Assembly (NCBI GenBank): GCA_002497285.1
Contig: DANJ01000007.1
Span: 205 to 64,204, forward strand
Length of the DNA stretch: 64,000 nucleotides
Reading direction: 5' to 3'
Source of the DNA: Candidatus Pacearchaeota archaeon UBA92
GTDB lineage: Archaea; Nanobdellota; Nanobdellia; Pacearchaeales; GW2011-AR1
The notes under the pieces are model-generated. The model was not told the DNA's origin. It did not search any database and was given only the letters and a program-made list of their open reading frames with translations. This document shows positions 7,767 through 16,498 of the stretch, one piece after another; position 1 is the stretch's first letter; each line of letters opens with the position of its first letter. The position numbers and the translations under genes are program-made.

Positions 7767-8489
7767 ATGAAATTACTGATTGTTATTCCAGCACACAACG
7801 AAGAAAAAATTATTGAAGAAAACGTAAACAAAGTTATTGATTTTATGAAAACTCAGAAAGATTATTCTTGGCATTTATTAATAGGGGAGAATGGTTCAAG
7901 TGATGAAACTATTAAAATATTAGATAAATTATCTAAGAAATATGCTCGAAAAATCTTTTCTTATAAGTCTTTGCCTGCAAGATCCAAAAGTGAAGCAATA
8001 AAAAGGGCATGGTTTTCCACAGATGCAGACTTTTATTTGCACATGGATGCTGATTTATCTACCGATTTAAAACATATTCCTAAGCTTGTTAATGGATTAA
8101 GTGAAGGATATGACTTAGTTATAGGTTCTAGAGCAATGAAAACCTCTGAAGTTGAAAAAAGCCTAAAAAGAGGGATTATCTCTTTTTGTTATAATTTATT
8201 AGTCAGGGTACTCTTTTCTTTAAACGTGAAAGATTTGCAATGCGGATTTAAAGCAATAAATAAAAGAACTTTGAATGAAATTATCAAACAAACAAAATAT
8301 CTAAGTGAGGGGTTTATGGATACCGAAATGCTCATCCTTTCTGCAAATAAAGGATTCAAAATAAAAGAAATTCCTGTGAAATGGAAGGATGATAGAAAAA
8401 GCAAGTTCAATATAGCTCGAGTAACTACAAGTTTTTTGAAAAATATATTAAATGTAAAAAGAGATTTAATTTTAGGAAGGTATAAATAA
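7767..8489 (+). CDS. Glycosyltransferase family 2, polyprenyl/dolichyl-phosphate glycosyl synthase-like
   Basis: GT-A signatures IVIPAHNEE and HMDADL, 240 aa (DPM1/GtrB/ArnC-like size). It is immediately followed by a GT-C-like membrane protein. Confidence 0.75.
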   Translation: MKLLIVIPAHNEEKIIEENVNKVIDFMKTQKDYSWHLLIGENGSSDETIKILDKLSKKYARKIFSYKSLPARSKSEAIKRAWFSTDADFYLHMDADLSTDLKHIPKLVNGLSEGYDLVIGSRAMKTSEVEKSLKRGIISFCYNLLVRVLFSLNVKDLQCGFKAINKRTLNEIIKQTKYLSEGFMDTEMLILSANKGFKIKEIPVKWKDDRKSKFNIARVTTSFLKNILNVKRDLILGRYK

Positions 8490-8509
8490 CTCATTTTTAA
8501 CAAAATATC

Positions 8510-9967
8510 ATGATGAGATTTAACAGATTGTCTAATAAGCAATTGTTGATTATTACCTTAATCTTGCTTGCATTTTTGGCAATCTGTACGAAATACATCG
8601 GAGGAATAGATGTGCACGATTATGCAGACGTAGCCAAATTTTTTGCAGGAAAATACTCTGCAGATATAAGGTCCTCTCACAGCATGTTATATAGTTTTAT
8701 TCATGTACCCTTTCTAATTATCTTCAATAGTTTCCTCATAATGAAGATTACAAACCTGCTTTGGCTAGCCTTAATTATTCTAAGTTTATACTATATTAGC
8801 AATAAAGATCGAAGAACTCTCTTGTTGGCTATTACTTCTCCTATAATTTGGTATATGGGTCCCTGGATAAGCCCTATACAACTCGCAGCTTTATTCTTTC
8901 TATGGGGATTTTTCTTTATGAATAAATTTGATAAAACAGAGAAGATAAAATATTTGGTTTTATCCGGAATATTTATAGGACTTGCATGGGCAACTTGGAA
9001 CACAGTTTTTTTCATTCTTTCCTTCTTAATTATCTCTTTCTTTTACGGGAGAAATATAAATCACCTTATAATTTTCTTATTTTTTGTCACAGTAGGACTT
9101 TTACCGATTTTGATATTTGATCAAATATTTTTCGGTTTTTTTCTTTATAGTACAATTAGACATGTTATGGCTAATCTAACTGTTTTTCTGTATGGTAGCA
9201 TTTATCCAGGAGTAGTTCAAATCTTAAACTCTTGGGCAAATTACCTCTCTTTCTTGCTAATGCTTCCCCTATTCTCATTTATCCTATTCAAAAAAGACTT
9301 TTTTGTTCATAGAAAAAGGCAAGTCATTTTCTTAACCCTTGCGACACTATTCTTTCTGATAAACCCCCAAGTAAGATACATAATGTTTCTTTGGCCAATC
9401 TTTTTATTATATTTACCAAAAAATCTAACTGAAAAACAATTTAAAATTCAACTATCTCTATTTATTTTGTTAAGTATTATAGTTACGATTCCATATGTAA
9501 TTCAAATAAAATACACAACAAACGCAGCAGATTTTGATACGGGAATAGCAAATTTTGGAAATTGGCATTTTAGTAGTGAAAGTAGAAATGCAGTAATCTC
9601 TAATGATCTAAATAGTATTGCAAAAGACTATCCAAACGAAGTCTTTCTTGTTGGGAATGATATGGAAGATTATGCAGGTTTAGCACACATCTATTGGGGC
9701 GAGGATATAAAAGAATTTGTCAGCGAGCAAGATTATAACCTTTATTTAGCAAATAAAAGCACAATCTTTGAAAAAATACTAACTTTCACTCCAAAAATTC
9801 AAGATAGGCGACAAATTTGGATAGGAGGCGGATTAGAAAAGAATGAGAATGATGCAACAGATTACACCTCAATAATATATGGGATTGGTGTTGATAAGCC
9901 CCTAGAAGCAGATGGTTTTGAGCTAATCCAGAGATATAACTTACTCTACCTGTCTAAGAAATCTTGA
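8510..9967 (+). CDS. Polytopic membrane protein, GT-C-like glycosyltransferase candidate
   Basis: About a dozen hydrophobic segments in the first ~340 aa, an acidic first loop (DVHDYAD), and a soluble C-terminal domain. Paired with the upstream GT2. Confidence 0.5.
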   Translation: MMRFNRLSNKQLLIITLILLAFLAICTKYIGGIDVHDYADVAKFFAGKYSADIRSSHSMLYSFIHVPFLIIFNSFLIMKITNLLWLALIILSLYYISNKDRRTLLLAITSPIIWYMGPWISPIQLAALFFLWGFFFMNKFDKTEKIKYLVLSGIFIGLAWATWNTVFFILSFLIISFFYGRNINHLIIFLFFVTVGLLPILIFDQIFFGFFLYSTIRHVMANLTVFLYGSIYPGVVQILNSWANYLSFLLMLPLFSFILFKKDFFVHRKRQVIFLTLATLFFLINPQVRYIMFLWPIFLLYLPKNLTEKQFKIQLSLFILLSIIVTIPYVIQIKYTTNAADFDTGIANFGNWHFSSESRNAVISNDLNSIAKDYPNEVFLVGNDMEDYAGLAHIYWGEDIKEFVSEQDYNLYLANKSTIFEKILTFTPKIQDRRQIWIGGGLEKNENDATDYTSIIYGIGVDKPLEADGFELIQRYNLLYLSKKS

Positions 9968-10569
9968 TTATTAAATAGGCCAATCAATTTAAATTCACCC
10001 AATCCATCTTTTTTTTCATATTTCAATTCAATTAATGAGCAGTTGTCCACTTTAATTTTAAATATAGAGTCATAAAGACTAAGACCAATAAGGTTTCCAA
10101 CAAAAACCTTTATGAAAATGCTATGTGAGACAATAACAATTTTCTTATCCGTCTCTCCATATTTTTCAACTAGACTTTTTGCAAAATCTTCTGTTCTAAT
10201 TTTCAAATCTTCTAAACTCTCTCCATTCAATGGTTTTCTATCTTCAAAATTACCCTTCAGGACTTTCCAGTTTATTTCAGAATTCTTCTTGCCAGTGAAA
10301 TCTCCATAATCCTTTTCTCTTAATTTAGGAGAATATTCAATTTCAGTATCTAATTCAGAGCTTATTTCTTTTGCAAGTATTTTACACCTAGGCAAGTCAC
10401 TTGAAATTATAATGTCTATTCCAATAACTTTAGTTTTACTAACTAATCCATGCATCTGCTTAATTCCAAGTTCTGAAATTCTTCCATCGTCAAATTCAGG
10501 ATATGAGCCATGGGTTATGTCTTTCGCATTATATTCTGTCTGAGGATGTCTCACAATAAACAGTTTCAT
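9946..10569 (-). CDS. Histidine phosphatase family protein (phosphoglycerate mutase-like)
   Basis: N-terminal RHPQTEYN (RHG-type catalytic motif) and downstream VSHS segment, 207 aa. Confidence 0.7.
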   Translation of the reverse strand: MKLFIVRHPQTEYNAKDITHGSYPEFDDGRISELGIKQMHGLVSKTKVIGIDIIISSDLPRCKILAKEISSELDTEIEYSPKLREKDYGDFTGKKNSEINWKVLKGNFEDRKPLNGESLEDLKIRTEDFAKSLVEKYGETDKKIVIVSHSIFIKVFVGNLIGLSLYDSIFKIKVDNCSLIELKYEKKDGLGEFKLIGLFNNQDFLDR

Positions 10570-10669
10570 AATCTGATGGTGTTTAATCCATTTAAAGATT
10601 TTTTGATTGCCTTTTAAGTCTGTAATTGTCCTTAGTAAACTATTTAAAACCGGGGTTTTTTAGCACTTA

Positions 10670-12445
10670 ATGAAGGCAATAGTTCTTGCTGCAGGCGCTA
10701 ACGAAATATCTGGAATTTCAAGCAAAAATATTCCAAAATGTCTTATAGAAATAGGCGAAAAAACTCTTCTTGAGCGCCAGATAGACATTCTAACCTCATG
10801 CGGAATTAGTAAAGAAGACATTTTGGTGGTAATCGGAGAAGAAGGAGAAGCCTGGTCAGAAGAAAACAGACAGAAAGTTAAAAATTTACATAAAAATGTA
10901 CTAATTAATACAAAAAATTTAGAAACGGGGAATAGCCATTCTCTATGGCTCGCATTAAGGGGAATCAATGAAAACGTAATTTTTCTTGATGGAGACCTGT
11001 TCTTTAGCAAAGAAGCAATAAACAAGTTACTAAACTCAAGTCATTCTTCTGCCCTCTTGACTACAAATGAAAAAACGCCTCAAAGGGGGAATCTTGTTTT
11101 AGTAAAAGGAGACAGGGTTCTTGGCATAGGTCCAAATTTTGAGACCGATAGAGTTTATACGGGAATAGCCAAATTTGGTAGAGATTTTCTGCAGAAATTT
11201 AAGGAAGAAATGGAAAGTAAAGATTATTCGAAAACTAATTTAGATGTACCGATTTATCAAATCTGTTTCAATAACTTTATTCATAATGTCGACCTCTATG
11301 ACTTTAAGATAAAAGATAGTTTTCTGAATGGGGGTTCATTTGCAGTAACCAAAATATTAGAAAAGAAAGAGGGCCAATCAGAAAAAAACCTGAAATTTGT
11401 TAGGAAAGAAGCTACAGAAGATAAAGAAAAACTAATCAACGAAGCTAAGTGGCTTATAAATCTACCCAAAGATTTAAAGAATCATTTTCCAGAGGTTCTA
11501 AATTACAATTTAGAGGGAGATCATGTTTACATGGATTTGAAGTACTACCCATATAAAAGTCTTAGAAGATCTTTAATGTCTGGAGAAATCGATAAAACAA
11601 AAGCAAAGGAAATATTGAGTAAAGTTTTTGATTTTTTGTTTGAAAAATTGTATACCAAAGAAATTAAGAATTATGAAAAAGATTTTGTAAACAAGGTTTA
11701 TTTTGACAGAATTTTTGATAGATTAGAATTATCTAAAAAAAAGTCAAATATATTCAGAGAGATAATAGATAAAAAAACACTAAAAATAAACGGCAAGGAG
11801 TTTTCAAATATAAAACCATTAATTAGCTCTTTAAAAAGTGAAAAAGATTTATTAGACGCATTAAATCCAACCAGATTAAGTTTGCTCCATGGAGACCTTC
11901 ATTTTGATAACGTTCTAATAGATAAAGAAAATCCAGAGAAGTTTATTTTAATAGACCCACGAGGTAAAATGTACGGGGGCGGAGTAGGTGGAGACTATAC
12001 CTACGATTTAGGAAAAGTTTATCATTGTTTGAATGGGTTATATGATTTTATCCATGAGAATAAATTTGATTTATCAATAAACAATGATTTGGATGATTTA
12101 AATGCAAACTTTAAGATTCAAAGATCTGTAGAACTTGACCAATACAAAGGAGTTTTATCAGGCCTTCCGACACTGTTTAACAAATATGATCTTTTGAAAG
12201 AAGATAAAAATTGGAAGATAAGGGCTAGTTTTTCCGAAGTTGCACATTTTTGTAGCATGGCTCCATTTCATATCAAGGGTGCAGGAGATGAAAAGATTGC
12301 TTTGGGAATTTATCTAAGGGGAGTCATGCTTCTTAATCAGTTTGCTGAAAGTTGGCAAAAAGATAATTTCAAGTTCCGATTAATAAACATAAACACCCAA
12401 AAAGATTACGAAGAAGCCTCAAATTTTGCAAAAGAAAATGACTAA
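10670..12445 (+). CDS. Fusion protein: nucleotidyltransferase domain (LicC/IPCT/MobA-like) plus APH/choline-kinase-fold kinase domain
   Basis: The N-terminal ~230 aa resemble NTP transferases (MKAIVLAAG...PKCLIEIG), but the G-x-G-x-R loop is degenerate (GANEIS). The C-terminal half has kinase motifs LLHGDLHFDNVLI (H-x-D-x4-N) and LIDPRG. Confidence 0.7.
   Translation: MKAIVLAAGANEISGISSKNIPKCLIEIGEKTLLERQIDILTSCGISKEDILVVIGEEGEAWSEENRQKVKNLHKNVLINTKNLETGNSHSLWLALRGINENVIFLDGDLFFSKEAINKLLNSSHSSALLTTNEKTPQRGNLVLVKGDRVLGIGPNFETDRVYTGIAKFGRDFLQKFKEEMESKDYSKTNLDVPIYQICFNNFIHNVDLYDFKIKDSFLNGGSFAVTKILEKKEGQSEKNLKFVRKEATEDKEKLINEAKWLINLPKDLKNHFPEVLNYNLEGDHVYMDLKYYPYKSLRRSLMSGEIDKTKAKEILSKVFDFLFEKLYTKEIKNYEKDFVNKVYFDRIFDRLELSKKKSNIFREIIDKKTLKINGKEFSNIKPLISSLKSEKDLLDALNPTRLSLLHGDLHFDNVLIDKENPEKFILIDPRGKMYGGGVGGDYTYDLGKVYHCLNGLYDFIHENKFDLSINNDLDDLNANFKIQRSVELDQYKGVLSGLPTLFNKYDLLKEDKNWKIRASFSEVAHFCSMAPFHIKGAGDEKIALGIYLRGVMLLNQFAESWQKDNFKFRLININTQKDYEEASNFAKEND
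10733..10879 (+). repeat. 147-bp near-identical tract, copy 1 (partner 15795..15941)
   Basis: By direct comparison, 146/147 nt are identical to 15795..15941. The single difference is GCC vs ACC (Ala/Thr). Flanking sequence of the two paralogs is strongly diverged. Confidence 0.9.
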
Positions 12446-13292
12446 AGTACTACTAACCGGAGCTGATGGTTTTTTAGGGAGTAAGATTTTTGAGGATTTT
12501 AGCAGAGATTACGATGTTTATGGAACAAGTAGAAATACAAACACTGAAAGAATTTTTTCTCTAGACCTAAGAAATCCTGAAGAAATTAAACGGTTACTTG
12601 AAAAATTACAACCTTCAATACTTATCCATGCTGCTGCCCTTGTCGATGTAGACAAATGTGAAAAAGATAAAGATCTTGCTTATCAGGTAAATTACAAGGC
12701 TACAGAAGAAATTGCAAAATTATGCGGAGAGTTTGGAATAAAAATGATTTATCTCTCAACAGATTATGTTTTTTCAGGAAATGAACCCTCTTATTCAGTA
12801 AATTCCAAGCCAAATCCTATAAATTATTACGGAGAAACAAAATTAATGGGAGAAGAAGCAGTCAAAAAATTTGTTACGAATTATGCAATCATAAGACCAA
12901 CAATATTGTATGGTTCTATTTATACAAATAAGAAAAACTTTGTTTTAGACACAATTTCAAAAATAAAATCTGAAAATGAAATAATTCTAGACAACAAAAG
13001 AGTAAAGTATCCATTACTTATAGATGACGTTTCTAAAGCAGTAAAAAAAATAATAGACTCCAATTTTACAGGTCTAGCTCATTTGTCTGGTCCATCCGAA
13101 GTCACCAAATATGATTGGGGGATAAAAATAGCAGAAGTATTCTCCTTGTCTTTAGAAAAAATTAAGGGAAAGAACCTCAACGAGACTAATAGGCCCTTTA
13201 AAGTCAAATTTGAAGACAACTACATAAAAGCTTTAAACCTTGAAGAAGGACTAAATTTAATCAAAAACAAAGTTAAAAATGAAAATAATTAG
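12438..13292 (+). CDS. NAD(P)-dependent sugar nucleotide reductase/epimerase, RmlD-like (dTDP-4-dehydrorhamnose reductase family)
   Basis: LLTGADGFLGS Rossmann motif, STDYVFSG and YGETKLMGE (Y-x3-K) signatures. ATG at 12438 preferred over the tracked TTG at 12426. Confidence 0.7.
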   Translation: MTKVLLTGADGFLGSKIFEDFSRDYDVYGTSRNTNTERIFSLDLRNPEEIKRLLEKLQPSILIHAAALVDVDKCEKDKDLAYQVNYKATEEIAKLCGEFGIKMIYLSTDYVFSGNEPSYSVNSKPNPINYYGETKLMGEEAVKKFVTNYAIIRPTILYGSIYTNKKNFVLDTISKIKSENEIILDNKRVKYPLLIDDVSKAVKKIIDSNFTGLAHLSGPSEVTKYDWGIKIAEVFSLSLEKIKGKNLNETNRPFKVKFEDNYIKALNLEEGLNLIKNKVKNENN

Positions 13293-13650
13293 GAGAAACG
13301 AAGTGCCTGATGTGGATAGAAATGGTTACATTATAAAGCGATTACTCACTTCTCCTTTCCAGATTCATCCTAAAGATGTCGGTTTTTACGAGACTTCAAT
13401 ACCCAAAGGGGGCAAATGCAAAGAGCAATGGCATAAGGAGTCTTATGAATCAGTCTATTTTTTGACAGATGGAGAAGCAAAGTTAAAAGGAGAAATTTAT
13501 GAATTTAAGAAAGGGGATTTAGTCTTTCTCGAGCCCGGAGAAAAGCACGAATGGCTTGCCTTGAAAAATGAAGTGGTTTTATTTGCAATAAGATTTCCTA
13601 ACCTTCTAAATGATAAATATACAACGGAGGATTCAGAAGATGAATCTTAA
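13279..13650 (+). CDS. Cupin domain protein
   Basis: 123 aa with a cupin-like beta-barrel pattern (..ESVYFLTDGEAKL..GDLVFLEPGEKHEW). Overlaps the upstream gene by 14 nt. Confidence 0.6.
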   Translation: MKIIRRNEVPDVDRNGYIIKRLLTSPFQIHPKDVGFYETSIPKGGKCKEQWHKESYESVYFLTDGEAKLKGEIYEFKKGDLVFLEPGEKHEWLALKNEVVLFAIRFPNLLNDKYTTEDSEDES

Positions 13651-14380
13651 GGACAAAGTAGCTGTAATCAGCGGAATTAGCAAAAGATTTGGTTCTTCAA
13701 CTGCATATCTTTTTGCAAAAGAAGGGGCAAGTTTAGTCTTAATTTCAAGAAACACAGAACTAACAAATAAGATTACTGAAGATATTAGATTTAATGGGGG
13801 AAAAGCAATATCTATTGCCTGCGATGTCACAAAAAATGAAGAAGTCGATAAAGCAGTAGAAGAAATAAAAAGAGTTTACGGAAAAGTAGATATCCTCTTT
13901 AACAATGCAGGAGGAAAGTACACAAAGAGACAAAAAATGCACGAAATGTCTTCAGATTTTTGGGATGAAGTGATAAATACAAACCTAAAGAGTGTATTTG
14001 TCCTGTCAAGTAAAATTATACCTTTAATGAAAGAAGGAGGTTCAATAATAAATATTTCTGCAGCCCACAAAACTCTTTTAGATAGCAATACTGCTTATGC
14101 TGCCGCGAAATCAGGAATTGTTGGACTAACAAGAAATTTAGCAAGAGAACTTAGAGAATCGAATATCAGGGTCAATTGTATAAAACCCGGAGTTATAAGA
14201 AATGACTTTAATAGTCAGAATTTAACCAAATATACAAACAAAGTAAAAAGAAAAGGCAATTCTGAAGATGTTGCTTTCGCAGCCCTTCATCTTGCATCAG
14301 ACACTTCTTCATGGACTACGGGGCAGACTATAACTGTCGATGGGGGAGAAGAATTATTCTCTGAAATGGAAAATGAATAA
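13640..14380 (+). CDS. Short-chain dehydrogenase/reductase (SDR) family oxidoreductase
   Basis: VISGISKRFG glycine-rich loop, NNAG, Y-x3-K (YAAAKSG). ATG at 13640 is preceded by GGAGG at 13626-13630. Confidence 0.8.
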   Translation: MNLKDKVAVISGISKRFGSSTAYLFAKEGASLVLISRNTELTNKITEDIRFNGGKAISIACDVTKNEEVDKAVEEIKRVYGKVDILFNNAGGKYTKRQKMHEMSSDFWDEVINTNLKSVFVLSSKIIPLMKEGGSIINISAAHKTLLDSNTAYAAAKSGIVGLTRNLARELRESNIRVNCIKPGVIRNDFNSQNLTKYTNKVKRKGNSEDVAFAALHLASDTSSWTTGQTITVDGGEELFSEMENE

Positions 14381-15005
14381 AAATTTTGTGATTATGATGA
14401 CTGGATACACTGCTTCTGGAAAAAGCACGACTGCAAGAACAATTTCTAAATGCCTTGGAACCAAAATATACCATTCGGCAATTATCAGAAAAGAGTTAGG
14501 TTTTGACTTTTCAGAAGAAGATGCGAAAAATGATTTTTTTGACCTTACCTCTCAAAAAAGAACAGAAATGGATAAAAAGGTTTATGGTGAGATGTTAAAA
14601 AAATTAGAATTAAGCTTATCAAAGAATGAAAATGTCGTTTTAGATGCAGGTCATTTTTTTCAATGGCAAAGAGAGAACATATCTCAAGTATTAAATAAAT
14701 TCGATTGCGAACTCTTCATTGTACAAACGGTCTGCCCAGAAAAAGAAATAATCAGAAGGCTTAAAAATAGAAAAAATAATTTTTCGAAGTCTGCATTAAA
14801 TGAAACCCCCTCAATCAAAGCATACTTTTCATCAAAAGAAGTCATGATTAATCCAGAAGTTGATGAAAAATCAAAGAATAAAACATTTATAATCTGCTTC
14901 AATACTTTATCTGGAGAGATAACTACAGAAAATAATTCAAAAAATGAAAATCTCTCAAAAATAATCGGAGTTTTAAATGAAAATAATAAGATTCGTAGAA
15001 GTTAA
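14373..15005 (+). CDS. P-loop kinase-like ATP-binding protein (AAA_33/gluconate-kinase-like)
   Basis: Walker A MTGYTASGKST close to the N-terminus when started at ATG 14373 (8-nt overlap with the SDR stop). About 210 aa. Confidence 0.55.
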   Translation: MNKNFVIMMTGYTASGKSTTARTISKCLGTKIYHSAIIRKELGFDFSEEDAKNDFFDLTSQKRTEMDKKVYGEMLKKLELSLSKNENVVLDAGHFFQWQRENISQVLNKFDCELFIVQTVCPEKEIIRRLKNRKNNFSKSALNETPSIKAYFSSKEVMINPEVDEKSKNKTFIICFNTLSGEITTENNSKNENLSKIIGVLNENNKIRRS

Positions 15006-15330
15006 AATACAGGAAAGGCCTGATGGAAGAACAGTAAGAAATCTTCTTCAGAAAGAGTTGGACATGGATGTCTCAGGTCTGCAGATGCTCTACGTAACTC
15101 ATCCCCATGGACTGGAAGAAAGACAACATTCTCATGACCACTCTTGCGAAATTCTATATTTCTTAGACAAAGCAAGATACAAAATAAACGGACAGGACTA
15201 TTTGCTAAACGAAAACGATGTAGTTTTGTTTGAACCAGGGGACATTCATGGGGCCATTCCGATTGATAACGAGACGAGAATTATAGTCTTCCAAAGTCCA
15301 ATAATCTCGGATGATAAAAAGTACCACTAA
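14977..15330 (+). CDS. Cupin domain protein (metal-binding HxH type)
   Basis: HSHDHSCEILYFL..GDIHGA cupin motifs. Shares the MKIIR start with the cupin at 13279. Confidence 0.6.
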   Translation: MKIIRFVEVKIQERPDGRTVRNLLQKELDMDVSGLQMLYVTHPHGLEERQHSHDHSCEILYFLDKARYKINGQDYLLNENDVVLFEPGDIHGAIPIDNETRIIVFQSPIISDDKKYH

Positions 15331-15386
15331 ATAACTAAAAAATTCTGAATATAAATCTTTATAAATGATTTCTTTTCTCTAATTAA

Positions 15387-15692
15387 ATGAGCGAAGAAAG
15401 AGTAAAGCCCCAAGGCATAGAAGATAAGATTAGCAGAGTTGAATCCTTACTCCGAGAAGTTGTTTTAGATAGATATACCATAGATACTCACCCACATAAA
15501 CCGTGGATAACTCTTACACTTAAAGATACGGGCACAAAAGCAATTGTTCTTTATCCAATGGTTGATGTTATTGCTGTTTACGATAAAGACTCTACATTTC
15601 TTGCTAATGAAATCTCTGATCAGTATAGACAAAGTATCGGGGATATTTCTATCAGAGGAAGGTTTGGCAAAGAAGCAAATCAGGAGCATTAG
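15387..15692 (+). CDS. Hypothetical protein (101 aa)
   Basis: The ORF is in operon context. I recognise no motifs. Confidence 0.4.
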   Translation: MSEERVKPQGIEDKISRVESLLREVVLDRYTIDTHPHKPWITLTLKDTGTKAIVLYPMVDVIAVYDKDSTFLANEISDQYRQSIGDISIRGRFGKEANQEH

Positions 15693-15734
15693 TCTTCTGA
15701 AAAGTTTTAAAAAAGCCTAATTCAGATAAATTAT

Positions 15735-16454
15735 ATGAAAGCAATAATTTTAGCAGCAGGCATTGGAAAAAGACTTGGTAATATAAGCCTTGTCCCAAAA
15801 TGTCTTATAGAAATAGGCGAAAAAACTCTTCTTGAGCGCCAGATAGACATTCTAACCTCATGCGGAATTAGTAAAGAAGACATTTTGGTGGTAATCGGAG
15901 AAGAAGGAGAAACCTGGTCAGAAGAAAACAGACAGAAAGTTTTCAAAATATCTGGAAAAGGCAAAATAATAATAAACGATAAAAATGTAGAACTAAATCA
16001 TTGTTATTCATTTTGGCTCGGGTTACAGGCATCAAATGGGGACGAATTTGTATGTTTAGATGGGGACAGTTTTTTCACTAAAGAACTTTTGGAAAAAGTT
16101 GTTCATTCTGATTTTGATTCTGTTCTTTCAACAAGAAAAGCTCTACAAGGGGAAAAAAAGAAGAGGGTCTTAGTAAATGAGGGTATTATAAAGGAAATAG
16201 GAAATGAAGTTAATTCTGAAAGGATATATGTTCCAATCCTTAAAATAGGGGCTGATTTTTCAAAAGCGCTTAATGAGAAGATGAAGTCAGAAAAATATTT
16301 TGACCTCGCATTAGATTCTCCCATAAATGCAATATGTAATGAATATCCAATCCATAATTTGGATATCCCTGAATTGAAGGGAGAAATTAGTTTCTTAAAC
16401 ATAAACACTCCAGAAGAATATAATTTAGCAAAATCTCTTATTTTTTCATCTTAA
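15735..16454 (+). CDS. Nucleotidyltransferase (LicC/IPCT/MobA-like, stand-alone)
   Basis: Canonical MKAIILAAGIGKRLG...PKCL NTP-transferase loop, 239 aa. Paralog of the N-terminal domain of 10670..12445. Confidence 0.75.
   Translation: MKAIILAAGIGKRLGNISLVPKCLIEIGEKTLLERQIDILTSCGISKEDILVVIGEEGETWSEENRQKVFKISGKGKIIINDKNVELNHCYSFWLGLQASNGDEFVCLDGDSFFTKELLEKVVHSDFDSVLSTRKALQGEKKKRVLVNEGIIKEIGNEVNSERIYVPILKIGADFSKALNEKMKSEKYFDLALDSPINAICNEYPIHNLDIPELKGEISFLNINTPEEYNLAKSLIFSS
15795..15941 (+). repeat. 147-bp near-identical tract, copy 2 (partner 10733..10879)
   Basis: 146/147 nt identical to 10733..10879. Confidence 0.9.
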
Positions 16455-16498
16455 TATCGGTCAAAAAAGTTTATATATCATACATCTATTATAAATTA

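Noticed and set aside
10660-11025. 121-aa minus-strand ORF that shares an identical peptide stretch with the 77-aa ORF at 15731..15964.
   Set aside because: The shared stretch is just the antisense translation of the 147-bp conversion tract between the two nucleotidyltransferase genes. The sense-strand genes have clear enzyme motifs.
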